From NCBI GenBank assembly GCA_001179505.1, contig CDMY01000447.1, positions 315,066 to 379,065 on the forward strand: DNA of 64,000 bases. Direction: 5' to 3'. The stretch's first letter is position 1. Each line of letters begins with the position of its first letter. This document shows positions 35,373 through 47,803 of this stretch, one piece after another. The notes below the pieces were generated by a model, which ran no database searches, was not told the origin of the DNA, and saw nothing but the letters and a program-made list of their open reading frames with translations. The position numbers were made by a program, and so were the translations under genes. Source of the stretch: Vitrella brassicaformis CCMP3155 (lineage: Eukaryota; Protista; Chromerida).

Positions 35373-38276
35373 ATGAACGTGCTCAGCTACCTCTGGCGCG
35401 GCAAGGACGGTGGTAAGGCGTCGCCGTCTGGCCGGGCTGCAGACGCCGCCCCTTTGCGAACAGAGTCCGCTGGCGCTGATGTCATCGCATCCGGTGAGGA
35501 TGTGGCGCCCGACACCTTCCTGATCAAGTCGATAAGCGAGCCGGGATACACCGGCAAGCTGGACCGGGCGGCGCTCGACAGAGGGGAGGCAGGGGAGCCG
35601 GCCAAGGGAGATGCAGAGGTCAGGGAGGGAGGGAGGCAATGGGTTGGGCTGCTCGATGGGGTGGGTGTGACGTGTGTTGTGTTTGCTCGACAGGTTCCTT
35701 CGTCTCCCGGTGCGCCAGGGCCGTCGTCGGCGAGTGCGGCGGCCGCTGCTGCTGGTGCGGTGCCCAGCACGCCCTCCCCTGTGCGTGATGCTCATTGCCA
35801 CCCTGACATAGCTGTATTGGAGCCGCAGCCTGCCCTGCCGGCATACCCTGCCGCACAGGGGGCGGCCGCTGCTGCTGCTGCTGCCGCCGCTGGACCGCCG
35901 GTACACACCCACTCACTCACTCACTCAGGCATGCAGTTAGCTCAGCGCACGGCATTGGAATGGATGTGTGTGATTGGTTGGTTTTTGTTCAGGGTGTGGG
36001 TCGGAATGGCGGCATAGACGACTTCAGCAGCATATCGACCATCATATCTGAGTTGCAGGAGGTCGACGACTGCAGAAACCCCCTAGAGAGGCAGGTCGGT
36101 CGATATGGCGCCAGCACATTCCTGGCAGTGCACATACAGACAGACAGACACAGACGGATGGGGTGTGCATGTCTATGTCTGTCTGTGTGGTGTGGTATGC
36201 GTGTGTGCAGGTGCAGCAGAAGCTGGAGAAGCAGAACAAGCGCCGGTTTCTGCAGAAGGGCATCCGCTTCAACATCCTCATCGTCGGCGAGAGCAGATCC
36301 GGCAAAACCACACTCCGCAAAAAGATGTTCGACTCGGTACGTACCCAAATGAATGACTGACTCCTGTGTGCAGTGCATCGATCCATCCATCCATTGGCAA
36401 CATGTGTGTGTGTGTGTGTGTGTGTGCAGTGGCATTTGATGGAGGAGCGCGACTCGACGTGCGGCCGCGAGTACATCTACCAGATCAGCGAGCAGCGCTC
36501 CGTCATACAAGGTAGGTGACAGAAGAGAATATGAGAGAGACAGCTGGATCAGACCAACACACACACACTTGTATGTGTGTGTGGCTGTCGTGTGGGTGTG
36601 GTGTGTGCAGTGTCAGTGGTGGAGGGTGGGTGTTGCGACTTCCTGGTCACCCACTGTCAGCTCAAGCTGGTCGAGTACATCAACAGGAAGAAACACAGAC
36701 ACGGCGGACCTGACGAACGGGTCAATCAGGGAGGGATGCAATGCCCGTCGGCGGCGAGGCATACAGACAGACCCGCACCCATCTCATCTCACCTCTCTCT
36801 CTCTTTGCGTGTGTGCGTGTGTTGGTTCTGTTGCTGTTGTCGCTGTGTGTCCATCAGGTGCACGTGTGTGTGTATGTGTTGGACCCGACGCAGGACCGTA
36901 TCCCCGGCCAGCAGGCCGCCCTCATGCAGAAGCTGTCCACTGTCGTCAACCTCGTACCCGTCATCGGGAAGGTCAGCGAACCGAGACCCATTGATTGACT
37001 GACACAGCGAGCGGATCGACGTATTCTCACGCTGATACGTACGGGGGTGTGTGTGTGCGTGTGTTTAGTGCGACACTGTGGACCCTGATGTGCTGCGGCA
37101 GCGGCGCGACCGATTACAGAAGGAATTTGAAGCATACAAGATCAAAGTAAGCGGACACTTTGACCTCCCCTCGACATAATTCTGATCCTCCCCCTCCCTC
37201 TCCCCTCCCGTCCGCAATCACTCTGTCTGTCTACTCATCCCATCACATCAGCTGTTCGACGACTGGGCGTCTCCCCTGGTGGCGGCAGCGCTCAACACCC
37301 CCTCCCCCACCCCATCACACCCCTCCCCCGCCCCATCGCCCACACACCCCGCACCCACCACACCACACGGGCCCCACATACCCACGGCAGCACAGCCGGC
37401 ACTCACGGCACCGGTGGCACCCGTGCCCGAGGTGCCCCACCCACAGTGCTCAGCCGACGAGAGTGCGAGTGCTGCCGGCGACCAGGCGGCCGGTGGCGGT
37501 GCTGGGGCCAAGAATGGGGGAGCGGGTGGGAACGGCGAGGAGCAGAGGCCCTCCTCGGCGTCGTGGGGGCAGAGGTGAGAATGAATGAATCTCTTGGTTA
37601 GGTGTGGGCTGGTTACGTGTCATCAATGTGTGTGTTGGTGCAGGATGCGTCAGTCGATTGTGCAGAGCCCGCTGCTGGTGGACTGTCACCTGTCGACGGA
37701 GGAGCAAGACGAGAGGTACAGCACAAACGAACGACCCACGCGATCACGGCTGGCTCGATCGGGCGTGTGACACGGAGGGGAGCTTGTTCTGTGCGGTGCG
37801 CGCACCAGGTATCAGTTGCCGCGTTTTGACAACGTGCCGCCCACGTCGCCCGACTTCCTGCGGATGCTCCTCATCGAGGCCGCCGCACTCCTGCTCATTG
37901 ATCGTAAGCGCACGACGCAGAGACCACCACGAAGAGGGGTTGAGGTGTTCGGCGCCGCATTGGTGTAATGATGTGTATAGGCACCAAGTCACTATTCTAC
38001 ACGCCATTCTACGACGATTGGGAGGTCAGCAGCAGAGCACCACACACGCAAGGCAACACATAACACAGACAGACAGACAGACGTCCAATGTGCGTCGCAG
38101 CCGTCCTTGCAATCGTTTGTCGGCCTGTCTATCTGTCTATCTGTCTGTCTGTGTGTCTGTATTGTCAGCGTCGCAACGGTCGTCGCGCGCTGGTGGGTCA
38201 GTTGCGGCAGATGGGCCTGGTGTCGGCCGTGGCCGTGGGGGTCGGCGCACTGCTGCTAAGAGTCTCATCCAGGTAG
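35373..38276 (+). CDS. Divergent septin-like P-loop GTPase with C-terminal transmembrane tail
   Basis: KGIRFNILIVGESRSGKTT (G1), DERVHVCVYVLDP, LSTVVNLVPVIGKCDT (G4), DFLRMLLIE, RTKSLFYTPFYDDW occur in septin order. G3 position reads VSVVEGGCCD. Terminal hydrophobic MGLVSAVAVGVGALLL followed by RVSSR*. Confidence 0.78.
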
Positions 38277-39319
38277 ACAGACAGGGAGGTAGGGAGGTAG
38301 CTGGCGAGATAGTGAATTCATGCGTTCGTTCGTTCGTTGGTTGGTTGGTTCATTCGTTGACGCACTCATGCCATGCCCTTTTGAGGAGGACAGAAAGGAC
38401 TGACTGACCGGAGGAGAAGTAATCTGAGCACTTTTTGCGCCGGTCCATGTCTGTGTTTGTGCGTGTGTGGTCCACATTTTTTCCCTGTGTGTTTTTGTCA
38501 GCCAAAGGAGGGGACAGGGATTGTCGTCTCGTGTCGCGCTGTGTACCATACCCAGCCAGATACACACGCACATCGGGGGGCCGAACCCCCCGAATGCCAT
38601 CCATTGATATCCATCCATGGGGGCAGTGCAGTGAGGCGTTGCTTAGCTGTCGTTTCTCTGTCGTGTTGGATGTCAGCCGCGTACGGGAGTGCTGGTCTGT
38701 CTGTCTGCCTGTCTGTCTGTCTGTGCGTCTGTCGGGCTGTCTGTCCGTCGGAGGGATCGGTCACTGGAGTGTGGTGTGGCCACGTGGCGTGGCGTGGCGT
38801 GGCGTGGCGTGTCGGTCAAGTCAGGACAGATCAGGTGAGGTGAGCTTAGCGCGAAAGCGTGTGACGTTTTTTGTTTGTAGACGTAGGCCGGCTGTCGATC
38901 GACTGTATGTATGTGTGTGTCAGTACACGGCATGTCTCTGCATCTGTGTAGAATAAGTCACCCCCCGCCTGGCCTGCACTCTCTCTCCATCACGCAGTCT
39001 GCTACCTGTCTGTCCGTCTGACTGACCATTGGACACTCATCTCTCCCCACCTACACTCAGCACGCTGGGATGCATGGCGTGTGGCCATCGATGGATGGAT
39101 GTCTGCTTGCAGTGAGTGCACTGACTGGGTTGAGACTGACTGCAGTTAGCTAATCCGCCCATCGACACACCACACCACACAATACAGACAGACGTACACA
39201 CAACAAAAGATGACGTGCATCAAATCACTCACTCGTGAGACACGAGGTCAAATGTCCACTCACGCAGCCCCAGTCACGCAGCTGATTTCTGTCGTCATAC
39301 GTGTGTGTGTCGACGATGC

Positions 39320-39431
39320 GGTGTAGTGCAGCGGGCGTGTGGGTGTGTTTATGTGATCGTGTATCTGCCTGTGGTGGTTCATTCCATCCGCCAGACACGA
39401 TCTTCATTCACACGTCACGCCATGCATCACC
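39320..39431 (+). ncRNA. Irregular fold-back candidate in a long intergenic region
   Basis: GATCGTGT(AT)CTG 39355-39367 pairs with CAGACACGATC 39392-39402; GGCGTG/CACGCC and GTGTG/CACAC outer helices. Partly GT/CA-repeat-derived. Confidence 0.25.
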
Positions 39432-39666
39432 AGACAGACATGTCGAGGAAAGGCACACATCGCAAAGACAGACACCACGCCAGCAGACGGGCAGAGGGGA
39501 GTAGCTACGCTCCTGCGTTAAAACGACGATTGATACTCTACGCCGTCGGCTGAGACCCCCAAGCACCCTGTGCCGCAGGTGCTGCCCCAGCAGTCTCCTC
39601 ACGACGGTGCACGTCTGGTCGTGGGGAGCCGACTCGGTCGTGTAGATGTCAACGCGTCCGAGCCCC

Positions 39667-39756
39667 CTATCCTATCTTCCAGCCGAGTGAATGCCATGTC
39701 CCCTTCTTCCTTGAGGACGCCTCCTCTCTTTGCTGTGTGAAGGCAATCTGCACACA

Positions 39757-39789
<33 letters not shown>

Positions 39790-40008
39790 GGAGAAAGGGG
39801 AGGGGCTGGTGTGGTGCCGTGTCGCTGCTGGATCCTCTTCTCTCGCTCCTCGTGGTTGGATGGACCTATCGAAGTGGTACTTGCAGTAGAGCAGCGACGC
39901 GATGACCATGACCGCGCAGAAGACGATGAGCACAACGATGCCGACGGCCGCGTTGCCGCCAAAGAGGTCCCTCAGGAAGACGAAAAAGCCCGGTGTTTTC
40001 GTCGACAT
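39667..40008 (-). CDS. Small single-TM membrane protein; 3' exon frame uncertain
   Basis: MSTKTPGFFVFLRDLFGGNAAVGIVVLIVFCAVMVIASLLYCKYHFDR with GC3-rich codons, followed by a microsatellite intron and a second exon. Confidence 0.5.
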
Positions 40009-40170
40009 GGCATGTAGCCCTCCTCCGTCCATGTACGCGGTGTAAATTCGGAGCTAACGGCCATCAGCCTGCAAACGTCCGGCGAAGTGACTGAGAACCT
40101 GTCAGACGCAAGGATCGCACGCACATCGCAGCCGCACAGGGGGCCCCTTGTCAAATCAGAATCACACAGG

Positions 40171-42588
40171 ATGGTCCTCAGGAAGCCGCTGGCGATTTTT
40201 GTCTGCCTTGCGTACGTCGCCAGCACATTGGCTCAAATCAGGATCCTCCATCCAAAGAGCCTCTCCAGAAGTTCCACAGGGCCAAGATCGACGGCTCGAC
40301 TGCCGCCTTTGGCACACCGGTACAGACACACACCAAACAACACAGACACATACAGAGGCAAGGCGCCGCGGGAGGGAAGGCCTAAGGGACGGCTGGGGTG
40401 AGTATGATGGCTGCTGGTCGTGTGTGTGTGGCAGTATCATGGCCAGCGGATAACTGGCCGCTTGGTGTACGGCGAGACCAAGGGCGACTATTGGTGCCGC
40501 GAGGACGACTATGACATCCCGTTGCCCCTCGGCGAGAGGGAAAGAACGCTGCCCAACATCGTCGTCGTCAGGAGAGGTACAAATCACACACAATATGGCA
40601 CCCCAACCGCAGCCACAAGCAGACAGGCGGGGAACAGCGACAGAGAGAAGAAGGGCAGACAGCGTCACAGTCATTCTAACCGTTTGTTCGTTCCTTCATC
40701 AAGGGAATTGCAACTTCGTGACGAAGGTTCGCATCGCTCAGGAGAAGAAGGAGGCCATGGCGGTGATAGTGGTGGACACCTTGGGGTCCAGCAGGACACC
40801 GTCAGAGATCCAGCGAGTCATCATGGGTGATGACGGCTGGGGCTTCAAAGTCAAGGTGCCGTCCATCTTTGTCAGTGACAAGGAGGGGTCCCTGCTGATC
40901 GAGGAGCTCCGGAAGAACACCACTGACGTCATCGTCGAGCTGGCCTGGGACGTGCCAAAGGTGGGTCAGACCCACATCAAGGACGTCTTGACGGAGACCA
41001 GGCGAGCGGATTGGCTTCTCGTCTGTGTCTTCCTTCTGTGGGTGCTGCGCTGCAGGAGACGACGGTGTCGATGGACTTCTGGATCGACCTATCGGTGGGG
41101 AAAAGCATCAACTTTCTCCAGGAGTACTCCCACTACGCCAAGACGCTCAAGCACAAGGTCAGGACAAAGGCGACTCCTTCTCCCCTTCCCCGTCTCATTC
41201 TCCATCCTCTCCTCTCCTGCCTGTGTGGTGTGTATGGTGTTCTGTGGTTGCTGCTCACCTTACCTACCTTGCAGCTTGATTTCCGCCCGCACTACTGGAT
41301 CTTCAGCCTCCCGGTCGACCTCAATGACTTGTGCATAGACGACGATGCCACCTACTGCGCCGTGGACCCCGACATGGCGGGCTCGACCACCGGCCGGGAC
41401 GTGGTTGAGGAGACCGCCCGGTGAGTGAGCAGAGGGGGATGGATGGATGGATGGATGCGTGGGCACGGTACACTTACGACTGACTGGTGGTGGTGTGTGT
41501 GTGCAGTCAATTGTGTCTGTGGCGGGAAACTGCGATTGTTGACCACAATGTGGAGCAGAGCGGCGACTACTCGGCGATCTGGTGGAACTACGTCGACTTG
41601 CTACCCAACGTGTATGACACCACACGCACAACACGGGCATCGAGGGAGGGAGGGAGGGAGGGAGGAGCTGAGGGCAGGGAATACTGTCAATCGTGTGTGC
41701 GGTGCGCAGGTGCCCGATGGACGGCAAGGGCAACAAGGCCTTCGGCCAGGAGTGCTCCTTCGGCCTCATGAAGAATCTTGGCGCAGACATGACCAAAATC
41801 AACAAATGCCTCACCGTACGTCAGATCCTCGCGAGGACACATCACACAACACGCACCCAACTGCCTACCTCTTCTTGGTTGTGCAGAAGGACAAGGAGGC
41901 GATATTGAGCAGGGAGCGCCTCAACCACGCGTGGAGCCCCCTGGCGATGCGCATCAACGACTGGAAGTACAGTGGTCCCCTCGACCCGGAGGTCATCACA
42001 CAAGCCGTCTGCTCAGGGTTCGAGGAACGACCACAGGTACACACGTCCACGCATCAAGCAATGAGACGAGACACCAGCCAGCGCACCAACTGCCGCCCTC
42101 TCCCTGCGTGTGTACGTGTCGATATCTGTCAGGAGTGCGACACGTTGCTCCATCCGACCAAGATCGGCTTCGAGGAGAAGGTGGACAAAGTTGAGGAGGA
42201 GCAGGGCGTCCCCTGGTGGATCTTCGTCGTCTCCATCATCGGCGCTTCCATCGTCGTCGTGTCACTCTTCTTCATCTACAGGTACACACCTGCCTCCTCA
42301 AATAAACTGTCCGCGGCTCGACCGTCCGTCACCTTTGTCGTCTGGGGTAGGGTTTGGATTGCGCGTCACTTGCGGAAGGCTCTGCGCTGCGAGCTCATGG
42401 CGGAGATGAAGCAGCAGATGTCGACCGATGACGACCCCGCCAACGCCGCCCCCCAGACCGACCCCAAATGTCCATCGGCAGGACACTATCAACCAACTGC
42501 ACCAAATGAAGAGAGAGAGGGAGATGAGATGAATCCCCATCCTCATGTGATTGTCGGCAGTGGAGCCTTCCATGAAGCTGCGAACTGA
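40171..42588 (+). CDS. Vacuolar-sorting-receptor-like PA-domain type I membrane protein; reading frame interrupted by a 1-nt shift in exon 1
   Basis: Signal peptide; KIDGSTAAFGTP|YHGQRITGRL; PA domain IVVVRRG|NCNFVTKVRIAQEK...IMGDDGWG...VPSIFV; FRPHYW, YCAVDPD, GRDVVEE, WWNYV, NDWKYSGPLDPEVITQAVCSGF; TM WWIFVVSIIGASIVVVSLFFIY. Confidence 0.85.
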
Positions 42589-43777
42589 CATCGTCAAAAG
42601 GCCCCGAGCCAACCCTGCCGCCAGCCATCTGACAAGATGTGACATCCATCTATGTATCATGTGTGTTTGGCTGCCTGAGTGTGAGCTCTCTGGGCCCTAT
42701 GCCGGTGTGTGTGCCAGGGTACCTCTGGCCCGACGCCATAGTCGAATCTGGACTCCCTAGAATCACTCAGATTGACTGACCTGCCTACGCCACCCCTGAT
42801 TTGTGTGCGTGTGCTTCATGGCGTGCCTCCGCGATCTTTCCATAAGTCCGCTTCCATGTAGCAGTCTTACGGATGAGGAGCGTCGGTGAGAGGGCGTTAT
42901 CGTCTTTCAACACGTTCTCACGTGAATTGGACTTGTGTGTCATTTTGCTTTCAGCCAATCAGACTTTTCATGTTTGCACAATGGACACGCCAATTGATCA
43001 ATCGATTGCTTGAATGCACGGTGTGTGTCTCTGTCGATCTATCCATCTTATCAATCCCCCGTCTCCCTTATATATAACACATACACATACACACACACAC
43101 ACATACAGGCACACGTGGACGTACAGACGATTATGCATAGGCGAGTCGAGACATATACACATACACACCATGTATCCACTGGCGGTCCATCTTTTCTTGT
43201 CTCTCTCTTCCTCTCCCTCTCCCTCTCCCTCTCTTTGTCTCTGTGTCTCTCTCACTCTTCATCTCCCTCTCCGAGGCTCTCCCTCTGCGATGTACATTTT
43301 CGCGGTACAGAAGTTCTTCCAAGAGCTGCCGTAGAGCGCCAACAGACGTCCGAGAGCCTTCACAGTGCTTCTGTTCATCTCTGAAGGTACTCAGGACTCA
43401 TTTCCGCCTCCATCCGCTCTCATTAACATCTCCTAACTGTGACTCCACAGACCCCACAGTTGGGGTGGGTGGGTGGGTGAGTGTTTTTAATTACTCATCT
43501 ATGCCATGTGCAATCAGACGGCACGTCTCATTAACTGAGAACGTGTTCTTCCACATGTGCCGACGAAGCTTCCGCCGTTGGCAATCTGTCTGTCCAAGCC
43601 AGGACAGGACAGGACGTGTGTGCTGTAGATAGATACATGAATGGAAACATCCATCCGTAATTGATGAATGCATTCGTGTGGCGTCAACACAATCATCAAT
43701 CGCGGAGAAAGACGATACGATAACTGACGCACATGAACCGTCCGCTCACACGCACACGTCACAGGCAGCCCAGCCCG

Positions 43778-45304
43778 TCACGCCAGCCCGCACAACATCC
43801 TTCCATTGATGGGTGCCGTCATCGGCCGCTCCTGCTTCCTCTCTTCGTCAAACACATTCGATGCAATCGGCAGCTTACTCAGAAACCGCCTCTGCGATAA
43901 GTACTCCGGCTTCTGCTCAATCAGGGCGACGCGCAGATTCCCCTGCCTGCCGTACCCCGGCAGGCTCTTCTTTTCACTCATCTGCCGTTGCAAAATGGCG
44001 ATCATCTTGGAGGCACTCTTGTCGAGCCTCTCGAAGGCCACCCTCTTGGCCTTGATGTCTGGCTCCTCGTCGTCGTCAGCCATGTCCAGTGTTGGCGACT
44101 CCTCACGTCGCGCAGGGTGGGGAGAGGCGGTCTCGTCGCGCATGAGGGCAAGACGCCCCTCCAGCACAACCAGCTCGTCTCCAGTGGCTGACGAAGCTGA
44201 AGACTCCGATCTCGATGTCACTGCGGGCTGCGTCTCTCGGGTCCTCTGGCGCACCGGCGTCCCTCGGCCAGCTTTCGTCTCAGCGGCCTTCCGCTCCTTC
44301 CTGAGGGCTTTTTGCTTCGCCGCGTATCTCTTCGCGGTTATCGCCGCCCGCAGAGAGGCCGCCCCATTCGCCGAAGCCGTCGTCTCCGAAACTACTTGGG
44401 TGGGAGCAGCGGCTTTCTGCGGTCGTGGCTCAATCTCCCCCGAAATGGGGTTGAAGTAATGCCTCTCCTGGTAGATGCTTTGGAGATAGCGGGCGTGCTG
44501 CTGCCTCGCCCTCTCATACACGGGCAGCAGGTCTCTCGACACTCTCTCATACTCGACGGCCAGCTCGGCCAGCTGTTGAAGCTCCTTGGTCGCCGAGCCC
44601 CTGATCCGGGAGCTCTTCTTGTCAAGCCCCTGACGAGACCGTATCGCAGCCTTCCTCGATGAGGGGCTGCTGATCGTAGCCCTTCTCGATGTGGGGCTGC
44701 TGCTGGCGCCGGTGGGGGACCTGCTGATACTCGCCCTTCGTGAGATGGCTCGCGAGAGGCCGGCGATGGGCTCGGGGGCCGGCGACGCATCTTGAAATCG
44801 GGTGCTGATGGGATGGGATGGCTTGGCGTCCTTGTCTGTCACCTGCAAACAAGAGAATCACTTAGCATAGGTATCGATATATTGAGGAGGGGGGAAGTGC
44901 ATGCACCTCGCTGACCTCCACAACTCCTGGGGCGCTCACCTCACCTGTGAGGGAATGGCAGTTTGAAGAGCAGCTTCATCCTTCACAGCAAGCAGCGGTG
45001 GCTTATCCGGCAACGCCAGTGGCTCCGCCTCTCTGCTTGACCGCTGCTCCCTCTTCAGCACCGCTGGGGCCGGCAGGTCAAGGCGCTCTCTGCATCGGCT
45101 GACGGGCCGTGACGATGAGAGGGCGAGATGGCTCATTCGCACCTGGTTGGACTCATCCAGGAGGTTGCCGCGCAGCTCCGTGAGCACCTGTAAGTATGCC
45201 TCTGTTTCATGATGGAGCTTGTTGACTATGTGTTCGCACGCGGCGAGCTGCTTGAGGCTCCTGGTGGAGGGCAGACGGCTGGGCACTCCCAAATAGGTCC
45301 TCAT
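43778..45304 (-). CDS. Hypothetical basic, Ser/Arg-rich protein with coiled-coil segments, 2 exons
   Basis: Exon 1 MRTYLGVPSRLPSTRSLKQL...QTAIPSQ|gtgagg joins in phase 0 to the 356-aa ORF VTDKDAKPSH...RMLCGLA*. Confidence 0.72.
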
Positions 45305-45502
45305 CTTTCGCGTGTGTGTGGGGAGCGAACCGAAGGGAGAAGGAGGGCTCGCACCTCCTCGCCCATTTACAAGCAGGGGGGCTCCCACGTGGATGCCGCG
45401 CGGCCTGCGGAGAGGCCCATGCACGCGTGAGGGATGCGCTGTTGCAACGGCATGCGCATGCACGTACCTTCATGGATAGCCCTCAGGGCCTCTACGTACC
45501 AG

Positions 45503-47437
45503 TTAGTGCCGTTCCAACACTGCTGATCCCGACCACACACCATTGCCCCCCTCCCGGCTCAGGTACCCTTTCACGTCAAAACCGACAAAGGCCTCACGGA
45601 ACCCATCAGCAGTCGGCCTGCCTCCCGCTCCCGCCCCGCCCCCCCTACCAGACCACGACAGAGACACCTTCTGTGCACCCCTCACATGGGCCACCTCGCC
45701 AACGTAGGCGTGCAGCGGGCTTGGCAGGGCCTGAGCATCGTGCATACTGATGGAGATCTCGCTGATGGAAGGCATCCGTGGGTCGTCGAAGAGCCCCAGC
45801 TGCTGATTCCCGCACATGCCGAGCCGAAGGTGGTCGATGGTGACTTTCTCGAGGCGGCTCACTGGCAAGGCGACGAGGCATCTCTGGACCAGCGCGCAAT
45901 TGGACCTGTCAAACAGCACACGCTCCACTCGTGGGGCCTGGAATCGACACACATACATCAGCTCGACAGTATCGTCATGTGTATCTATCGGCCGCCGTAC
46001 CGAAGCAAAGAAGCGGCTGACGATATCAGCGTTGTCGGGATCGACCAGCCGGAAGACCTTCATTGACGTCGCTGTGGGGAAGCTGGGTGGGGCGTCAGGG
46101 CGGGTGACGCATGGAGGGAAGACACCGTCATTCTGCTGGTCGCATTCCACCGTCACCTCGTCAGCAGAGGCGAAACGGAACCCACGAAAGGCGCGACCAA
46201 GACTCTCAAAGTCGTCCTCCTGCTCTTCGATAGAGGCGTCGAAATCCTGTTGATTGAAATGATCAGTCACATGAAAGAAAAAGTAAAGAGGGAGGGAAGT
46301 ATATGAATGAAACACGAGACAGCTGTGACGAACGAACTGACCTGCTCGATAGCGACGCTCTTGGCCGCTGCAGCCGAGCGCCGTATGAACGCGTTCAGGG
46401 CCTGATCGGCCGGGGTCGATGTTAGCGGATAGAGGAAGAAGTCACTGCTGAAATGCGTGACCTGCATTTAATCGCATGGCATGTACAAGAAGACAGGCAC
46501 AACAAGACGTTTAAAGCATTCGAACGAAGACTGCAGCTCAGCTCCAAACATACGGGTGATGATTTGATTCCTCCATGGCCGTGTGTGCACATATGATTGA
46601 TCTGCGTACCTCAAGTGCGAAGCCGGCAGCACAGGAATCCATCACGAGTGCGTGGAGCTCGCGAACGTTCTGCATGCTGCTCAGCGCCTCCACCCACTCC
46701 CCTTGGAAATGCACCCGCAGTTTCTTCAGCCGCACACGACTGGCCCGGAGCAGCGTCTTCAGCCCGTTCAGGTCAGCTGCCGTGCACGCAAACAGATACA
46801 GCTCCCCGAGGCTCTCGAGAACGACGAGGTTGGGCACTTGCTTGAGCGAGCCGATCAGCTCGTCGACGACCAGACCGTCTTGGATGAAATGTCGGAGGTT
46901 TCTCGTCTCGCTCACCCACTTGGCGGGCGATGCGTCGCTCGGCGGCACGATGGAGGCAAACTCAAACAATTGCAGGACAGGGAGCACCCATCGTCGCTCC
47001 TCCGCCATCGCCAGCCAGACGTTAGTGTCCCCATCGATGCGCACCCTCTCCAGCCGTGGGAAGATCTGCCTCCTCCTCGTCGTCGACACTCCAGTCGAGG
47101 TCACTCGGTGCCGCGCACTTGTGATCTCGAGGGACCGCAGTGCAGCAGCAGTGCCTTCCAGCAGCACAATGAGGCCGGCCACATTCCCCTCAGAAACGCT
47201 GATGGACGCCCTCGCTGAATGGCACATTCGGCTGGCCAGAAGGGAGGCGCCAGCGGGAGTAAGCCGGCTCCATGCTGACGTTTCTGCAGGGACGACGGTG
47301 AGATGTTGATATGCAGAGGGAGAGCCCGCAGCCGCACGAAACAGGCGACAGACGAGGGAGAGCCGGAATGACTCGAGGGTCGTCAGGTGGCCGAAGATAC
47401 CTCGGACACATTCAACGGGCAGGTCAGCGAACACCAT
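45503..47437 (-). CDS. F-box-like protein with LRR-like body, 3 exons
   Basis: N-terminal MVFADLPVECVRGIFGHLTTLESFRLSLVCRLFR fits the F-box consensus (LP.E....IF..L......L..VCR.F); LRxLxI-type repeats downstream. Confidence 0.75.
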
Positions 47438-47803
47438 AATGATTGGTAACGACCGAGGGAGAGGTCGCGGGAATGTACACAGCGCTGGCCACTTGAGACT
47501 TGCGCGGGCGTCGGACACACCAGGCCGGGCCCTCTCGCGAACGCGAAAGCAAAACCCTGGGAGCAAGGCAGAGGCTGCGTGTGAGTTGGGGTAGATCCCG
47601 TGAAATGCAACTGCATGCTGAGAACCCTGAGCACTCCGAACTGTCCCTCCTTCTCGTCAACCGTCCCTCTGGCTCATCTGTTGCCTTAACGGGCAACGAC
47701 AGCGATCCTCTACAGCCACTCTAATCTACCGACATGGGCACAGCAAGTCGTTCTGGCTGTCGCTGCTGAGCCAAGATCTGCCCAGATCTTCGACAAAACC
47801 CAA

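Noticed and set aside
43514-43592. Small three-way junction considered as an H/ACA RNA
   Set aside because: Hairpins are too short and there is no properly placed H box or ACA box.
43660-43727. Possible C/D snoRNA (TGATGA at 43662, CTGA at 43724)
   Set aside because: No terminal stem, the box C is sequestered in an 8-bp helix with 43693-43700, and I recognised no rRNA-complementary guide.
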